From the IMG/VR virus record IMGVR_UViG_3300033516_000077, positions 1 through 33,552 of that record: a stretch of DNA of 33,552 bases. One strand, 5' to 3'. This stretch comes from a virus. Taxonomy: Duplodnaviria > Caudoviricetes. Positions 16,452 through 25,586 of the stretch are shown in pieces (position 1 is the stretch's first letter; the number at the start of each line of letters is the position of its first letter). The notes below the pieces were generated by a model. That model was given only the letters and a program-made list of their open reading frames with translations. It searched no databases and was not told the DNA's origin. The position numbers and the translations under genes were made by a program.

Positions 16452-18371
16452 TTATTTTTTTAATTTTATATTAGTTGCATCTGTTAAAGCTTTAATTAAT
16501 GCTGTTTCAACTATATTACTTATTTCTGTTGATGATTCTGTTATATTTTGTGTAGTTATAACTATTCCACCAGAATCTATTACTTTATTTATAGATAATG
16601 TAACATTTGTTATACTTCTATCAGTTTTTAAATTAGTATCTGAACCAGTTAATCCTGCATCTTTTGTAATATTATTTATTTTATCTTCCTTATCTTTCTT
16701 ATCTCTAATTTTAATTTCTTCTGCTGTTAATATAGGAGAATCTGCACCTTTTTTTGGTTTAGTCAATCCTGGTATATTAAGATTAGATAATATATCACCA
16801 GCAGATGTTCCTGGTTCATAAGCATTTCTATTTTTATTATCATTATTTACTTTTTTATCTGGTTCTGGAGAATCATATGTAATCATTTCAATAAATAAGT
16901 CATATATATCACTCATCCATTTAAATGCATCCATTATACCATTTTTTAAAGCTGTTACAAAATCTCCAACACTTGAAATTATTTTTTTAACCACTTCAAA
17001 ATGTGTAACCCATTTAACCCAGGTAACATATAATGTAACTAAAACATCTATTATACTAGTAAATATTTTTAATGTTATCCATATTGGAGCTGTTAATATT
17101 TTACCTAAAACAATTAAAGTATTAAATACACCAGCAATAAACGAAACTTTATCACCAACTGCTCCAAATATACTAAATAATTTACCAACTGAATTTAAAA
17201 TACTAAATATTGGTTCTAAAGTAAACATAAGTTGTTCTTTCCAAATACTAAAATTAGCACCAATTGCTAATACCCAATCTTTAATTTCTATAAATACAGG
17301 GACAGCATTTGTTTTAATCCAATTAAAAGCAATAGTAGCATTAGCAATTATAGCATTAAAATCTATATTTTTCATTAAATAATCCATTGAATCTGATAAA
17401 ATAGAAACAACACCTTTAAAAGCAGGCATTAATTTCATACCTATTTGTCCAAAAATAGATTCTAATTTAGATGAAAATGTACTCCATAATCCTGCTAATG
17501 ATTTTGATTGTGATTCCATTGCTTTATAAAACATTCCACCTTCAGATGTTACTTTTTGAAATGCTTTAGTTACTTCATTAGCTGAAATACCACCTTTTTC
17601 CATACGTTTGGTTAATTTCAACATAGATTCACCAGTTGTTTCTGATATTACTTTTAATGGATTAAACCCAGTTTCAACCATTTGTAAAACCTCTTGCCCC
17701 ATTAATCTACCTTTAGCCATTGTTTGCCCATATGCAAGATTTAATCTGTCAAATTTATCTTTATTACCAAGTGAAACATCTCCCAACATTCTTTGTGTTG
17801 GTATAATGCTTTCTAATGTTATACCATATGCAAGTAATGTTTTAGCACTATTATTAAGATCAGAGGTTGTTAATGGGGTTTGTGCTTCTAATTTTTTAAT
17901 ATCAGCCATCAAAGTTTTAGCTTTTTCAGCGGATTGAAGCATTGTTGTAAAAGCAATTTGATTTTGTTCTAAATCAGCAGTTGTAGATATAATATTTTTA
18001 CCTAATATTGCAATTCCTGCTCCAGCTACTGCAATACCACCTAATGCTAATCCACCAATCATTCCACCAGCTCCACCTAATCCACCAGCAATAGTTGAAC
18101 CTGCTCCACCAGATTTACCAGTAGCTCCAGTACTTCCAACTCCACTTAATTTAGATTTTGATTTAGATGCTTTATTATTAATAGAACTTAATTTATTATC
18201 TACTTTATTAAGACTGTTTAATAATCCATCAAATTTAACATTGGATATTTTAAGCATATCCTTACCTAATTTTAATACAACATTATCTAACTTTTGAGTA
18301 AGTTTAATAATATTATTAAGTTTAGATGATATAAGGTCATTTAATGTAGCAGTTACTTGTATATTATTCAT
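16452..18371 (-). CDS. Tail tape measure protein
   Basis: Tape-measure domain (AFTTML..A..TPL..LGDVSLG..LAYGQ..GRLMGQEVLQM), Gly-rich and amphipathic segments, downstream of the chaperone. Confidence 0.9.
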   Translation of the reverse strand: MNNIQVTATLNDLISSKLNNIIKLTQKLDNVVLKLGKDMLKISNVKFDGLLNSLNKVDNKLSSINNKASKSKSKLSGVGSTGATGKSGGAGSTIAGGLGGAGGMIGGLALGGIAVAGAGIAILGKNIISTTADLEQNQIAFTTMLQSAEKAKTLMADIKKLEAQTPLTTSDLNNSAKTLLAYGITLESIIPTQRMLGDVSLGNKDKFDRLNLAYGQTMAKGRLMGQEVLQMVETGFNPLKVISETTGESMLKLTKRMEKGGISANEVTKAFQKVTSEGGMFYKAMESQSKSLAGLWSTFSSKLESIFGQIGMKLMPAFKGVVSILSDSMDYLMKNIDFNAIIANATIAFNWIKTNAVPVFIEIKDWVLAIGANFSIWKEQLMFTLEPIFSILNSVGKLFSIFGAVGDKVSFIAGVFNTLIVLGKILTAPIWITLKIFTSIIDVLVTLYVTWVKWVTHFEVVKKIISSVGDFVTALKNGIMDAFKWMSDIYDLFIEMITYDSPEPDKKVNNDNKNRNAYEPGTSAGDILSNLNIPGLTKPKKGADSPILTAEEIKIRDKKDKEDKINNITKDAGLTGSDTNLKTDRSITNVTLSINKVIDSGGIVITTQNITESSTEISNIVETALIKALTDATNIKLKK

Positions 18372-19163
18372 TTTTATTTAATATATTATTTATGAATGTT
18401 TTTCTATCTTGCACTGGATTTGAATATTTAGTTTCTGATTTATCACCAGGGTTTTCTTGTTCTAAAATCCACTGTAATTGACTATACAAGTCTGCCCAAG
18501 AATCATCTGTTAAATTATTTAATTCTTCAGTCGATATATGAAAATATCTTCTGAGTGCAGCATATGATTTACGTATTATATCAGAGTCTTTATTTGCTGA
18601 TATTTTATATAAATCTAATTTTTTTTTAAAGTGGCACTTCTTACAGATACTACTTTTTCTAATAATGGCATTAATGATAATATATAATCATCATTTGTTT
18701 TAATATCTTCATCACCTTCTACCCAGCAAGTGTTTAATAATAAACCAATTGCACTTACTGAATCCTTTTCCATTGTATTAAATAAAGATGATAATTCAGC
18801 AATTCTAGGTTTTCTAATAATACAACTTTTATTATCAATTATAACTTTATATTTATTATCTTCTAATACAAATTCAACTGGATAATTTTCTAATATTTGG
18901 TCAACTGTTGAAATTACAGATAGAAATAAATCACTATCTTCTTTAATTTCTTCATCACCACCTAACCAGCAATCTGTTAATAATAAATATAATGCTGATA
19001 TTTTATCTACTTGCATTAAACTTACAACCTTAGACAATATATTTTTTGTTGGTTTTCTTAAAAAGCAAATATATTCTGATTCAATTTCTATTGTGAAATA
19101 TTTAATAGATTGTTCATCTAATTTATCAGTTAATATTTTATATTTTTGTTCTTCTTTTTTCAT
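18364..19163 (-). CDS. Tail assembly chaperone, -1 frameshift extended form (gpGT-like)
   Basis: Slippery TTTAAAAAAAAA (18630-18619) precedes the TAG. The -1 frame reads ...KLDLYKISANKDSDIIRKSYAALRRYFHISTEELNNLTDDSWADLYSQLQWILEQE...KNE to a TAA overlapping the start of the tape measure gene. Confidence 0.75.
18615..19163 (-). CDS. Tail assembly chaperone (gpG-like) with tandem duplicated domain
   Basis: Two copies of C..RKP...CW..GDE.IK..D..LS, located between the tube and tape measure genes. Confidence 0.8.
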   Translation of the reverse strand: MKKEEQKYKILTDKLDEQSIKYFTIEIESEYICFLRKPTKNILSKVVSLMQVDKISALYLLLTDCWLGGDEEIKEDSDLFLSVISTVDQILENYPVEFVLEDNKYKVIIDNKSCIIRKPRIAELSSLFNTMEKDSVSAIGLLLNTCWVEGDEDIKTNDDYILSLMPLLEKVVSVRSATLKKN

Positions 19164-19180
19164 TTTGATTGGTTTTTTAT

Positions 19181-19756
19181 TTATCTATTGAATGCTGTAA
19201 AGTTTTTTAAACTTATTTTATTTCTTCTATTTTGATCTATAATTGAAATTGGTTTCCATACAATATGTGTTGCAATTAATGAAAATGTAGTTTCTATATT
19301 CATATCACCTTGATTAACACTGAATCCATTATTAGTAAATTGACAATTTTTAACTACAAAAGTTTTAGGTAGTTTATTAGTTACTAATCTTGCTAATTCT
19401 TGATCTGCTAAACCTTGATAACTAAATATACTAATAGGATTTACACTAAATACATCTGTAAGCATCATAGTAATAATTATATCAAATGGTGGTAAATTAG
19501 ACAATATACCATTAATTGCAACATTTTGTAATGCAAATATTTCATCAGCATTTAAAGTAATTGAAACATTTGATTCTATATGTCCATATCCTCTGTGTGT
19601 TACATAAGGACCTGTACCATATAAATTATCAGTAGTCATTTTATCTTCTAAACTAATATTACTAATTCCTATGATAGGAACTCCTTGAATAAATAATTCA
19701 ATAGTTCCCCAATCATAAGCTTTTCCATTTAATATAATACCTCTATCGTGTACCAT
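19181..19756 (-). CDS. Tail tube protein 2
   Basis: LNGKAYDWGTI, YGTG..RGYG, PFDI, KNCQF and QGDM. Confidence 0.75.
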   Translation of the reverse strand: MVHDRGIILNGKAYDWGTIELFIQGVPIIGISNISLEDKMTTDNLYGTGPYVTHRGYGHIESNVSITLNADEIFALQNVAINGILSNLPPFDIIITMMLTDVFSVNPISIFSYQGLADQELARLVTNKLPKTFVVKNCQFTNNGFSVNQGDMNIETTFSLIATHIVWKPISIIDQNRRNKISLKNFTAFNR

Positions 19757-19784
19757 TTATATGTTTTATTTTGTAATTATGCTA

Positions 19785-20294
19785 TTAACGAGTTAAGGTA
19801 TTTGATGGTCTTGATGGTCTTGGTAATACTTCAGTTCCATAAATTATTCTAGTTGGATTCAAATTTAATTCAATTTCTAATCCCATATCATTTTGAGTTG
19901 CTTCAAAATAAGTAGAATCAATTGAACATCCTTGAATAACATCTGTAACAACAGCTGTTGTAGAATTTCCTGGTTTGTAAACTACATTAATATCAAAAGC
20001 ATCTAAGTTTTGAACTTTATTATTTACTGCTAAATTTATTAATTTTCGCATTTGAAATAAAGAAATAGTCATATTTGCTTTTACATCTACATTTCCTTGA
20101 CCTTTAGAAACTGGATAACTACCTGCACCATAATTCTTTTTACTTTCTCTTGTTTCACCATAATTTAATTTTGATATTTCTACAATAAAAGTATTTCCTA
20201 AAGATCCAGGAGCATTATCACCCCATTGAAACTCAATTGAACTCCAGTCGTAGCATATACCATTAATTTGTGGATTGTTATTATCTAAAATCAT
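19785..20294 (-). CDS. Tail tube protein 1
   Basis: INGICYDWSSI, YGAG.YPVSKGQG, FDINVVY, TDVIQGC and QNDM. Confidence 0.75.
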   Translation of the reverse strand: MILDNNNPQINGICYDWSSIEFQWGDNAPGSLGNTFIVEISKLNYGETRESKKNYGAGSYPVSKGQGNVDVKANMTISLFQMRKLINLAVNNKVQNLDAFDINVVYKPGNSTTAVVTDVIQGCSIDSTYFEATQNDMGLEIELNLNPTRIIYGTEVLPRPSRPSNTLTR

Positions 20295-20309
20295 AATTGT
20301 TTTATTTTT

Positions 20310-20696
20310 TTAATGTGTTAAAATATATGTACTATTTGAAGATGGATATATTTGAACAAAATTAGTATATTCAAAATCATATACTGAATGTCCTAAAACT
20401 AAATCATCTGATTCAACAGTAATTGTAGCTATTCCAAATCCTTGTTCCCAAGTTTGTGTTTCTTCTCTTGTTACAAGTAAACTAATTATAGATGTTGAAG
20501 TTGTTAATTTACCCCAACCTGCTAATGTTATTAAACTGTATTTTGCAAAAATAGTACCTTTGTTTGATAATGTTACTAAAATATTAGTAACTGCTGGAAC
20601 ACTTACATCAATTGGTAATCCAGTTTCATCACTGATAACTGGAATTTCCATTGACAAAGATTCACCTTTTCTAATTATATATTTTGGATTATTCAT
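20310..20696 (-). CDS. Hypothetical beta-rich virion protein (BppU-N/Ig-like adaptor?)
   Basis: IRKGES..I...G.PID pattern and all-beta composition, within the tail operon. Confidence 0.45.
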   Translation of the reverse strand: MNNPKYIIRKGESLSMEIPVISDETGLPIDVSVPAVTNILVTLSNKGTIFAKYSLITLAGWGKLTTSTSIISLLVTREETQTWEQGFGIATITVESDDLVLGHSVYDFEYTNFVQIYPSSNSTYILTH

Positions 20697-20697
20697 A

Positions 20698-21183
20698 TTA
20701 TAAATTATTCTTTTTATTTAATGTTTTAATCATACTTTGTTTAATTTTTTCATTATGTTCAATTGAATGTTTTTTTCCTAATTTAGCATTACTAATATTC
20801 TTTTTTGTTTCATCTGAACATTTTTTTCCTTTTTTATTTGTATTACCTTTTAAACTTTCGCTTATTTGTTTTTTTGTATAATCACTTAAAAAAGTTTTAT
20901 CATCCAAACTATATTTTAAATTATATCCTATAGGAACTAATGTATTTAATTCTATGATATATTTAGCTTCATTACGTTTTAATTCTATATTATCTACATT
21001 ATCTTCTAATAAAATCCATTTAAACATATCTATACCATATTTTCTAAGTGCTTTATGAAATAAATCTTTACATTTATTACTTTTATGTTCGTGCTCATAT
21101 CTTCTTATTTCTAATGATTTAGATGTTTCGCCTATATATTTTTTATTATTAATAATATTTATTACTAAATAAATTTGTCCCAT
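20698..21183 (-). CDS. Free-standing GIY-YIG homing endonuclease with NUMOD3-like repeats
   Basis: GQIYLVINIINNKKYIGET..R..EH, ALRKYG..F, E...I..LNT..GYN, and GKKCSDETKKNIS / GKKHSIEHNEKI. Confidence 0.85.
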   Translation of the reverse strand: MGQIYLVINIINNKKYIGETSKSLEIRRYEHEHKSNKCKDLFHKALRKYGIDMFKWILLEDNVDNIELKRNEAKYIIELNTLVPIGYNLKYSLDDKTFLSDYTKKQISESLKGNTNKKGKKCSDETKKNISNAKLGKKHSIEHNEKIKQSMIKTLNKKNNL

Positions 21184-21197
21184 TTTATATATTTAAT

Positions 21198-22415
21198 TTA
21201 TAATGATACAACATAGCCAATAGTCACTTCAATTTGTCTAGCTGTTCCATAAGGAATAACTCGTATAACTATTTGTAATTTACTGGTTACTAATATATTT
21301 TGATTTGAATCAATTTCAACAACACCTGCTGATAATTCACCCGCTCCAATCATTTTATCAATATAATTATTAGTTATACTTTTAAAGAATTCGATTGTTG
21401 AACTTGCAATTTGACCAGTTGAAGATATTTTAATTGGACTATTAAGATAAGGTAACAATTTAGTTCTTACACCTCTTATTGCTTTATCGATAGTTCTAAC
21501 TTCAGTTATATAAGCGTAATCAGAAATAGTTTTATCTGCTGTATGATTATCATTAAGATAAGTTCCTGATATTCCAACGTGTTTTTTCAAGAATAAATAT
21601 CCTAAAGCATTAATTTGATTTAATACAGATGTACTTAAACTTGAAACTAATGTACCATTTCCAAATGCTGGAACTTCTAATTCTCCACCAGATGCTATAT
21701 TGAATTTTAAAATCCAAGCAATAGATTCTTGAACCATTGCATTAGATAACAAACCTAATGTTGCACCAACTGCTGGAATACTTGTTCCTTCAGATGTATA
21801 TAAAGTTGACCCAACTCCTGCACCATCTTGAGCAATTACAACAGATACATTTGGTGATACTGTTGATAAAGTTTTTAAAGATGCTAAAGTAGTTAAATCA
21901 GATGTTGCTTTAATATTTGAACCATAAATAAAAGATGCTGGCATATGTTCAGTTGTACACAAAGTTGCTATTGCTTGAACTTTTTCAACATCACCAGATG
22001 CATAAATATTTTTAGTATTATAAACACCAAATTGTCTAATTTCACCCTGTGCAAATATTTGCATTAGATATGCTTCATTAAAAGTTAAAGCAACAGGAGT
22101 AGATTCTTTTACTGTATCATTAAATAGACCAACATATAAATCAGCATTACCAGTAATTCTGAAATATTCTGAAACTTGATACCAATATTCTTTTGTAAGT
22201 GCATTTGTAGATGTTATTCCTATCTTTTCAAAATCTGATAAACGGTTAAATTTTATAATACGATTAGTAGCAGTAAAAGTTGTTACACCATTAGTTGTAA
22301 AAGTAGTATTATCTTTAAATTTTGCATCATAAAATGCTATACCAGAAATATAATCTTGTTCAGGACTTGTTCTACCTAATCCACCTTCGGATTTTATAAA
22401 AATTACGTCGTTCAT
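21198..22415 (-). CDS. Tail sheath protein (DUF2586-like)
   Basis: GGLGR..DYISG, YQVSEYFR, LNQINALGYLF, G.Y.ND, SDYAYI..VRTIDKA.R and PYGTARQIEVTIG. Confidence 0.85.
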   Translation of the reverse strand: MNDVIFIKSEGGLGRTSPEQDYISGIAFYDAKFKDNTTFTTNGVTTFTATNRIIKFNRLSDFEKIGITSTNALTKEYWYQVSEYFRITGNADLYVGLFNDTVKESTPVALTFNEAYLMQIFAQGEIRQFGVYNTKNIYASGDVEKVQAIATLCTTEHMPASFIYGSNIKATSDLTTLASLKTLSTVSPNVSVVIAQDGAGVGSTLYTSEGTSIPAVGATLGLLSNAMVQESIAWILKFNIASGGELEVPAFGNGTLVSSLSTSVLNQINALGYLFLKKHVGISGTYLNDNHTADKTISDYAYITEVRTIDKAIRGVRTKLLPYLNSPIKISSTGQIASSTIEFFKSITNNYIDKMIGAGELSAGVVEIDSNQNILVTSKLQIVIRVIPYGTARQIEVTIGYVVSL

Positions 22416-22443
22416 TATATTTTATATTTTTTAAATTATTTGT

Positions 22444-22476
22444 AAAAAAGTGTGGGAGATTTTAACCTCCCCACAC
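22444..22476 (-). terminator. Intrinsic terminator after the major capsid gene
   Basis: Minus strand reads GTGTGGGGAGGTTAAAATCTCCCACAC followed by TTTTTT. Confidence 0.8.
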
Positions 22477-22509
22477 ATCAACCAATCAAAAAAGAATGGT
22501 TATTTTATT

Positions 22510-23451
22510 CTAAGCTGCTGTTTCAATAATAGTTACAACGCCATATTCATCAGAACGAGATTTACTTGCACCTGATAAAATTTCTGCTGACATAACTGTA
22601 CCATAATAAATAGGATCTTCATTAGAATATCTAAATGTGAATCCGCCATTTCCAGAATCACCTGTTGCTTTTCTAACGAAATCTGGATGCCAACAAATTG
22701 CACCTAAATTAGTTGTAGCTGCATAAGCAACTGAAGGATCTTGTTTTACAGGAGTAGCTGCATTGTTATATTTTGCAACAGTTGATCTCATATAAACATC
22801 AAATCCACAAAGTCTACCAATAAAACCATTAACTACTACACCATTTAAAATTGGTAATGATCCACCAGATAAATCTGTTTTAATCAAGTTTTGAATATCT
22901 TCATAAAGATAAGCATCAACTAACATTTTACGTCCTTCCATTGGAATATTTTGAACGTTTAAAATAGAAGCTGCTCTCAATACATCTGTATAAGCGATTG
23001 CTTTTCTATTACCAGTTTGTGTTGGATGTGAAGCAAGTCGAGTTGTACCAGTTGTACGTACTTGAGAAGTTGCAACTGTATTAGCCCATTCATAAGCTAC
23101 CCAATTGTAAACACCGTCAGTAAGTTGGCCTCTCATTCCTACTAAGATAGAATCCATTTTACCATAAGATAATTGCAATGCTTCTGCATTTCTTAAAGAG
23201 ATAGGATCACTTGTATAAGAATGCAATACATAACTTAACATTGTATCAGTTCTGCTTGAAATAGTTGCTGGGAATATTGATCTATCTCGAACCATAGCAG
23301 GAAGTGAACCAGCTTGAGGTAAGTGTAATGCACCATTTTCAATAAAAGCTGAATCATTAACTGAGAAAGCGAAAGCGTTGTTATCTTGAAATAATTGATT
23401 TTCAATTCTACTAATCCATATTTCAGGAGTTATATTTGTACTAATTGCCAT
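22510..23451 (-). CDS. Major capsid protein
   Basis: EIW..I...LF.DN, LHLPQAG, QLSYGKMDS, NIPMEGR and GRLCGFDVY. It follows the protease/scaffold gene and has its own promoter and terminator. Confidence 0.85.
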   Translation of the reverse strand: MAISTNITPEIWISRIENQLFQDNNAFAFSVNDSAFIENGALHLPQAGSLPAMVRDRSIFPATISSRTDTMLSYVLHSYTSDPISLRNAEALQLSYGKMDSILVGMRGQLTDGVYNWVAYEWANTVATSQVRTTGTTRLASHPTQTGNRKAIAYTDVLRAASILNVQNIPMEGRKMLVDAYLYEDIQNLIKTDLSGGSLPILNGVVVNGFIGRLCGFDVYMRSTVAKYNNAATPVKQDPSVAYAATTNLGAICWHPDFVRKATGDSGNGGFTFRYSNEDPIYYGTVMSAEILSGASKSRSDEYGVVTIIETAA

Positions 23452-23494
23452 TTTATTTTATTTTTTTTAATTATTATTTTTAAATTCTGTTATT

Positions 23495-23527
23495 TACCTA
23501 TTACACACTAATAAATATGTAAAATGC
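23495..23527 (-). promoter_or_regulatory. Putative late promoter, copy 2 (upstream of the capsid gene)
   Basis: GCATTT-N13-GTGTGTAATAGGTA on the minus strand. Confidence 0.8.
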
Positions 23528-23537
23528 TAATTAACAA

Positions 23538-24689
23538 TTAACCTTTATATTCTGTATTAAATTTTGCTTTAAATAATTGATCAAATAATGGTTTATTATT
23601 TAATTTTATAGTTTCTAATTCTTTTGATGCATTTTTAGCATACCAATCATAATCTTTTTTAACTTCTGTATTATCAACATCTTTAGAAAAATCAGAAAGT
23701 TTAATTGATGGAACTTTAACTATTTCAATTGATTCAAAAATTTGTTCTAAAGTTTCTAAATTATTATCAGCTAATTTTAAATATAATTCTTTAGATGATT
23801 CTTTTATTTTACCAGATTTAATTGCTTCTGATATACACAATTCAATTTTATTAACTTTATTTTGATTTAATTGAAGTTCTAATGATTTTACCCGTTCAGT
23901 CAATGTCAAATATTCTGGGAAATCTGTTATAACTTTTTTACTTTCTTTCATTAAATCTCCAACAGTAAGTATAATTTTAGTAAATTCATTATCATTTTCA
24001 GATAATTCAATATTTAATACTTTTACAAGTCTTTCAGATAATGTTAAAGCATCTGTAAGTTCAACTTTTTTACCTTTTTTATTCGGTTCAATAATTGGTT
24101 CAGTAACCTCTAATACTGGTTCAACAATTGGTTCGGTAACCTCTAATACTGGTTCAACTACTACATTTTCCATAATTTCTTTCATTATTTTAGATTCTGG
24201 GTGATTTGTAAATACACCTAATTTTATTTGATTTTTAATTTCTTCTATATCAGTTAATCCATTATAAGATAATGATATTGATATTTGATTATTAACTTTT
24301 TTAGCTTTTTTATTAGCTGGTAATGCTGTTATAGATACTTCTTTCAATAAACATTTAGTAACAATCATTTCTTCAGTTGCTTCATCTATTGTAGCTTCTA
24401 ATATTTGAGCACCAATTGAAGTTCCTAATACATAACCTTTATTAATTTTATTCATTAAAGTTAATACTTCATCATCATCAGTATCAAATTCAGCTTCACC
24501 TGTTAATATTTCTTTACCATTTGAATCAAATTCATATTGTAGATTAATCCATTTACCCAATACTTCATCAACTTCGTGATTACCAAGCATTAATGGGTTT
24601 TCATTAAATTCGCTTAAATCTATACCTTTTGTTAAAACTGTATAACCGTAAGCATTTTTGTCTTCTGTGTTTAAGATAAATTTATCCAT
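23538..24689 (-). CDS. Prohead protease with C-terminal scaffold domain
   Basis: N.YG..VLT.GID..F..NPLMLGNH, TSIG and LKEVSI...PAN, followed by a coiled-coil C-half with AIKSGKI. Confidence 0.85.
   Translation of the reverse strand: MDKFILNTEDKNAYGYTVLTKGIDLSEFNENPLMLGNHEVDEVLGKWINLQYEFDSNGKEILTGEAEFDTDDDEVLTLMNKINKGYVLGTSIGAQILEATIDEATEEMIVTKCLLKEVSITALPANKKAKKVNNQISISLSYNGLTDIEEIKNQIKLGVFTNHPESKIMKEIMENVVVEPVLEVTEPIVEPVLEVTEPIIEPNKKGKKVELTDALTLSERLVKVLNIELSENDNEFTKIILTVGDLMKESKKVITDFPEYLTLTERVKSLELQLNQNKVNKIELCISEAIKSGKIKESSKELYLKLADNNLETLEQIFESIEIVKVPSIKLSDFSKDVDNTEVKKDYDWYAKNASKELETIKLNNKPLFDQLFKAKFNTEYKG
24085..24158. repeat. 33-bp tandem repeat (about 2.2 copies) in the protease/scaffold linker
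   Basis: ggttcaataattggttcagtaacctctaatact followed by ggttcaacaattggttcggtaacctctaatact, encoding (VEPVLEVTEPI)x2. Confidence 0.9.
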
Positions 24690-24703
24690 TTTTATTATTA
24701 TTT

Positions 24704-25228
24704 TTATATTATTTCTATTGTTGTTTCTATGTCTGTTAAATTTGTTGTTGTATATACTGGATAAGCAGATGCATCAGCAAATTTACATATAAAAGATGTT
24801 TTTGTTATTTTAACTGAATTATATCCTTTAATTAATTCTATACCATTTCTATGTAAAGTTCCAATTTCAAATTGAGTAGATTTAATATCATCTGGAATAT
24901 CATTATTACATTTATTTTCAATATATTTAAAAACTCTATCTAATAAAAGTAAATGTTCTAAAGATTTATTATATTGACTATCATTAGCTCTTATTCCAGT
25001 CATAAATTCAGTTGCTAAATATAAATTAATTCTAATATCTAACTTTTGTAATTTTTGTGTATGTTGATAAATATCTAATGGTTCAATTTCTATTAATATA
25101 GATGGATATGGAATTGGATCACTTTCATCTAAATTATCATATTGATTGTTATATAAGTCAATATGTTTAATGTCAGGCATTTCTGAATTTATTAAATAGA
25201 CTAAAAATTGGTATATATATGAAAACAT
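24704..25228 (-). CDS. Tail terminator / head-tail completion protein (Mu gp37-like)
   Basis: IKHIDLYNNQ..PYPSILIE motif, in the expected position. Confidence 0.6.
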   Translation of the reverse strand: MFSYIYQFLVYLINSEMPDIKHIDLYNNQYDNLDESDPIPYPSILIEIEPLDIYQHTQKLQKLDIRINLYLATEFMTGIRANDSQYNKSLEHLLLLDRVFKYIENKCNNDIPDDIKSTQFEIGTLHRNGIELIKGYNSVKITKTSFICKFADASAYPVYTTTNLTDIETTIEII

Positions 25229-25229
25229 A

Positions 25230-25586
25230 TTATTTAATTATTTTATTTATTAATACTATTACAATATCTATTATTTTATTATTATCATCTATCATAAATT
25301 TACGAACTGGTAATTTATCAGTTCCATATTGATGATATTGTCCATATTTTACATTATTATATAAAGTTGATGAATTATTTGTATAAGATGACTTAATTCC
25401 TTTTTTCATATCACCAGTATCTATTAAAGTTGCTTTTGAACCATCTACTTTTGGTGCCCAATTATTATTGATAAAAGTATTATTAGATTCTTTAACCAAT
25501 TCTTTAGATAAATCTCTTGGTAATTTATTTAATTGTCTAATCATCCTATTTAAATTATTTTGAAATTTCTTTGATTGTATTTTCAT
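25230..25586 (-). CDS. Virion morphogenesis protein (Mu gpG / P2 gpS-like)
   Basis: W.P...TLIDTG.M..I, YGQYHQYGT and LPVRKFM. Confidence 0.8.
   Translation of the reverse strand: MKIQSKKFQNNLNRMIRQLNKLPRDLSKELVKESNNTFINNNWAPKVDGSKATLIDTGDMKKGIKSSYTNNSSTLYNNVKYGQYHQYGTDKLPVRKFMIDDNNKIIDIVIVLINKIIK

Noticed and set aside
20698-21183. Group I intron around the GIY-YIG endonuclease
   Set aside because: The flanking gaps are only 14 and 1 nt and the neighbouring genes look complete, leaving no room for a ribozyme core.
4092-22415. Stand-alone eCIS/tailocin locus or gene transfer agent
   Set aside because: Capsid, portal, protease, terminase and a replication gene are all present on a closed circle with no host genes, and no eCIS AAA+ ATPase is seen.
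19163-22491. 12-nt complementarity between the post-capsid region (22480-22491) and the chaperone start region (19163-19174)
   Set aside because: Matches of this length are expected frequently by chance in a 33-kb AT-rich genome.
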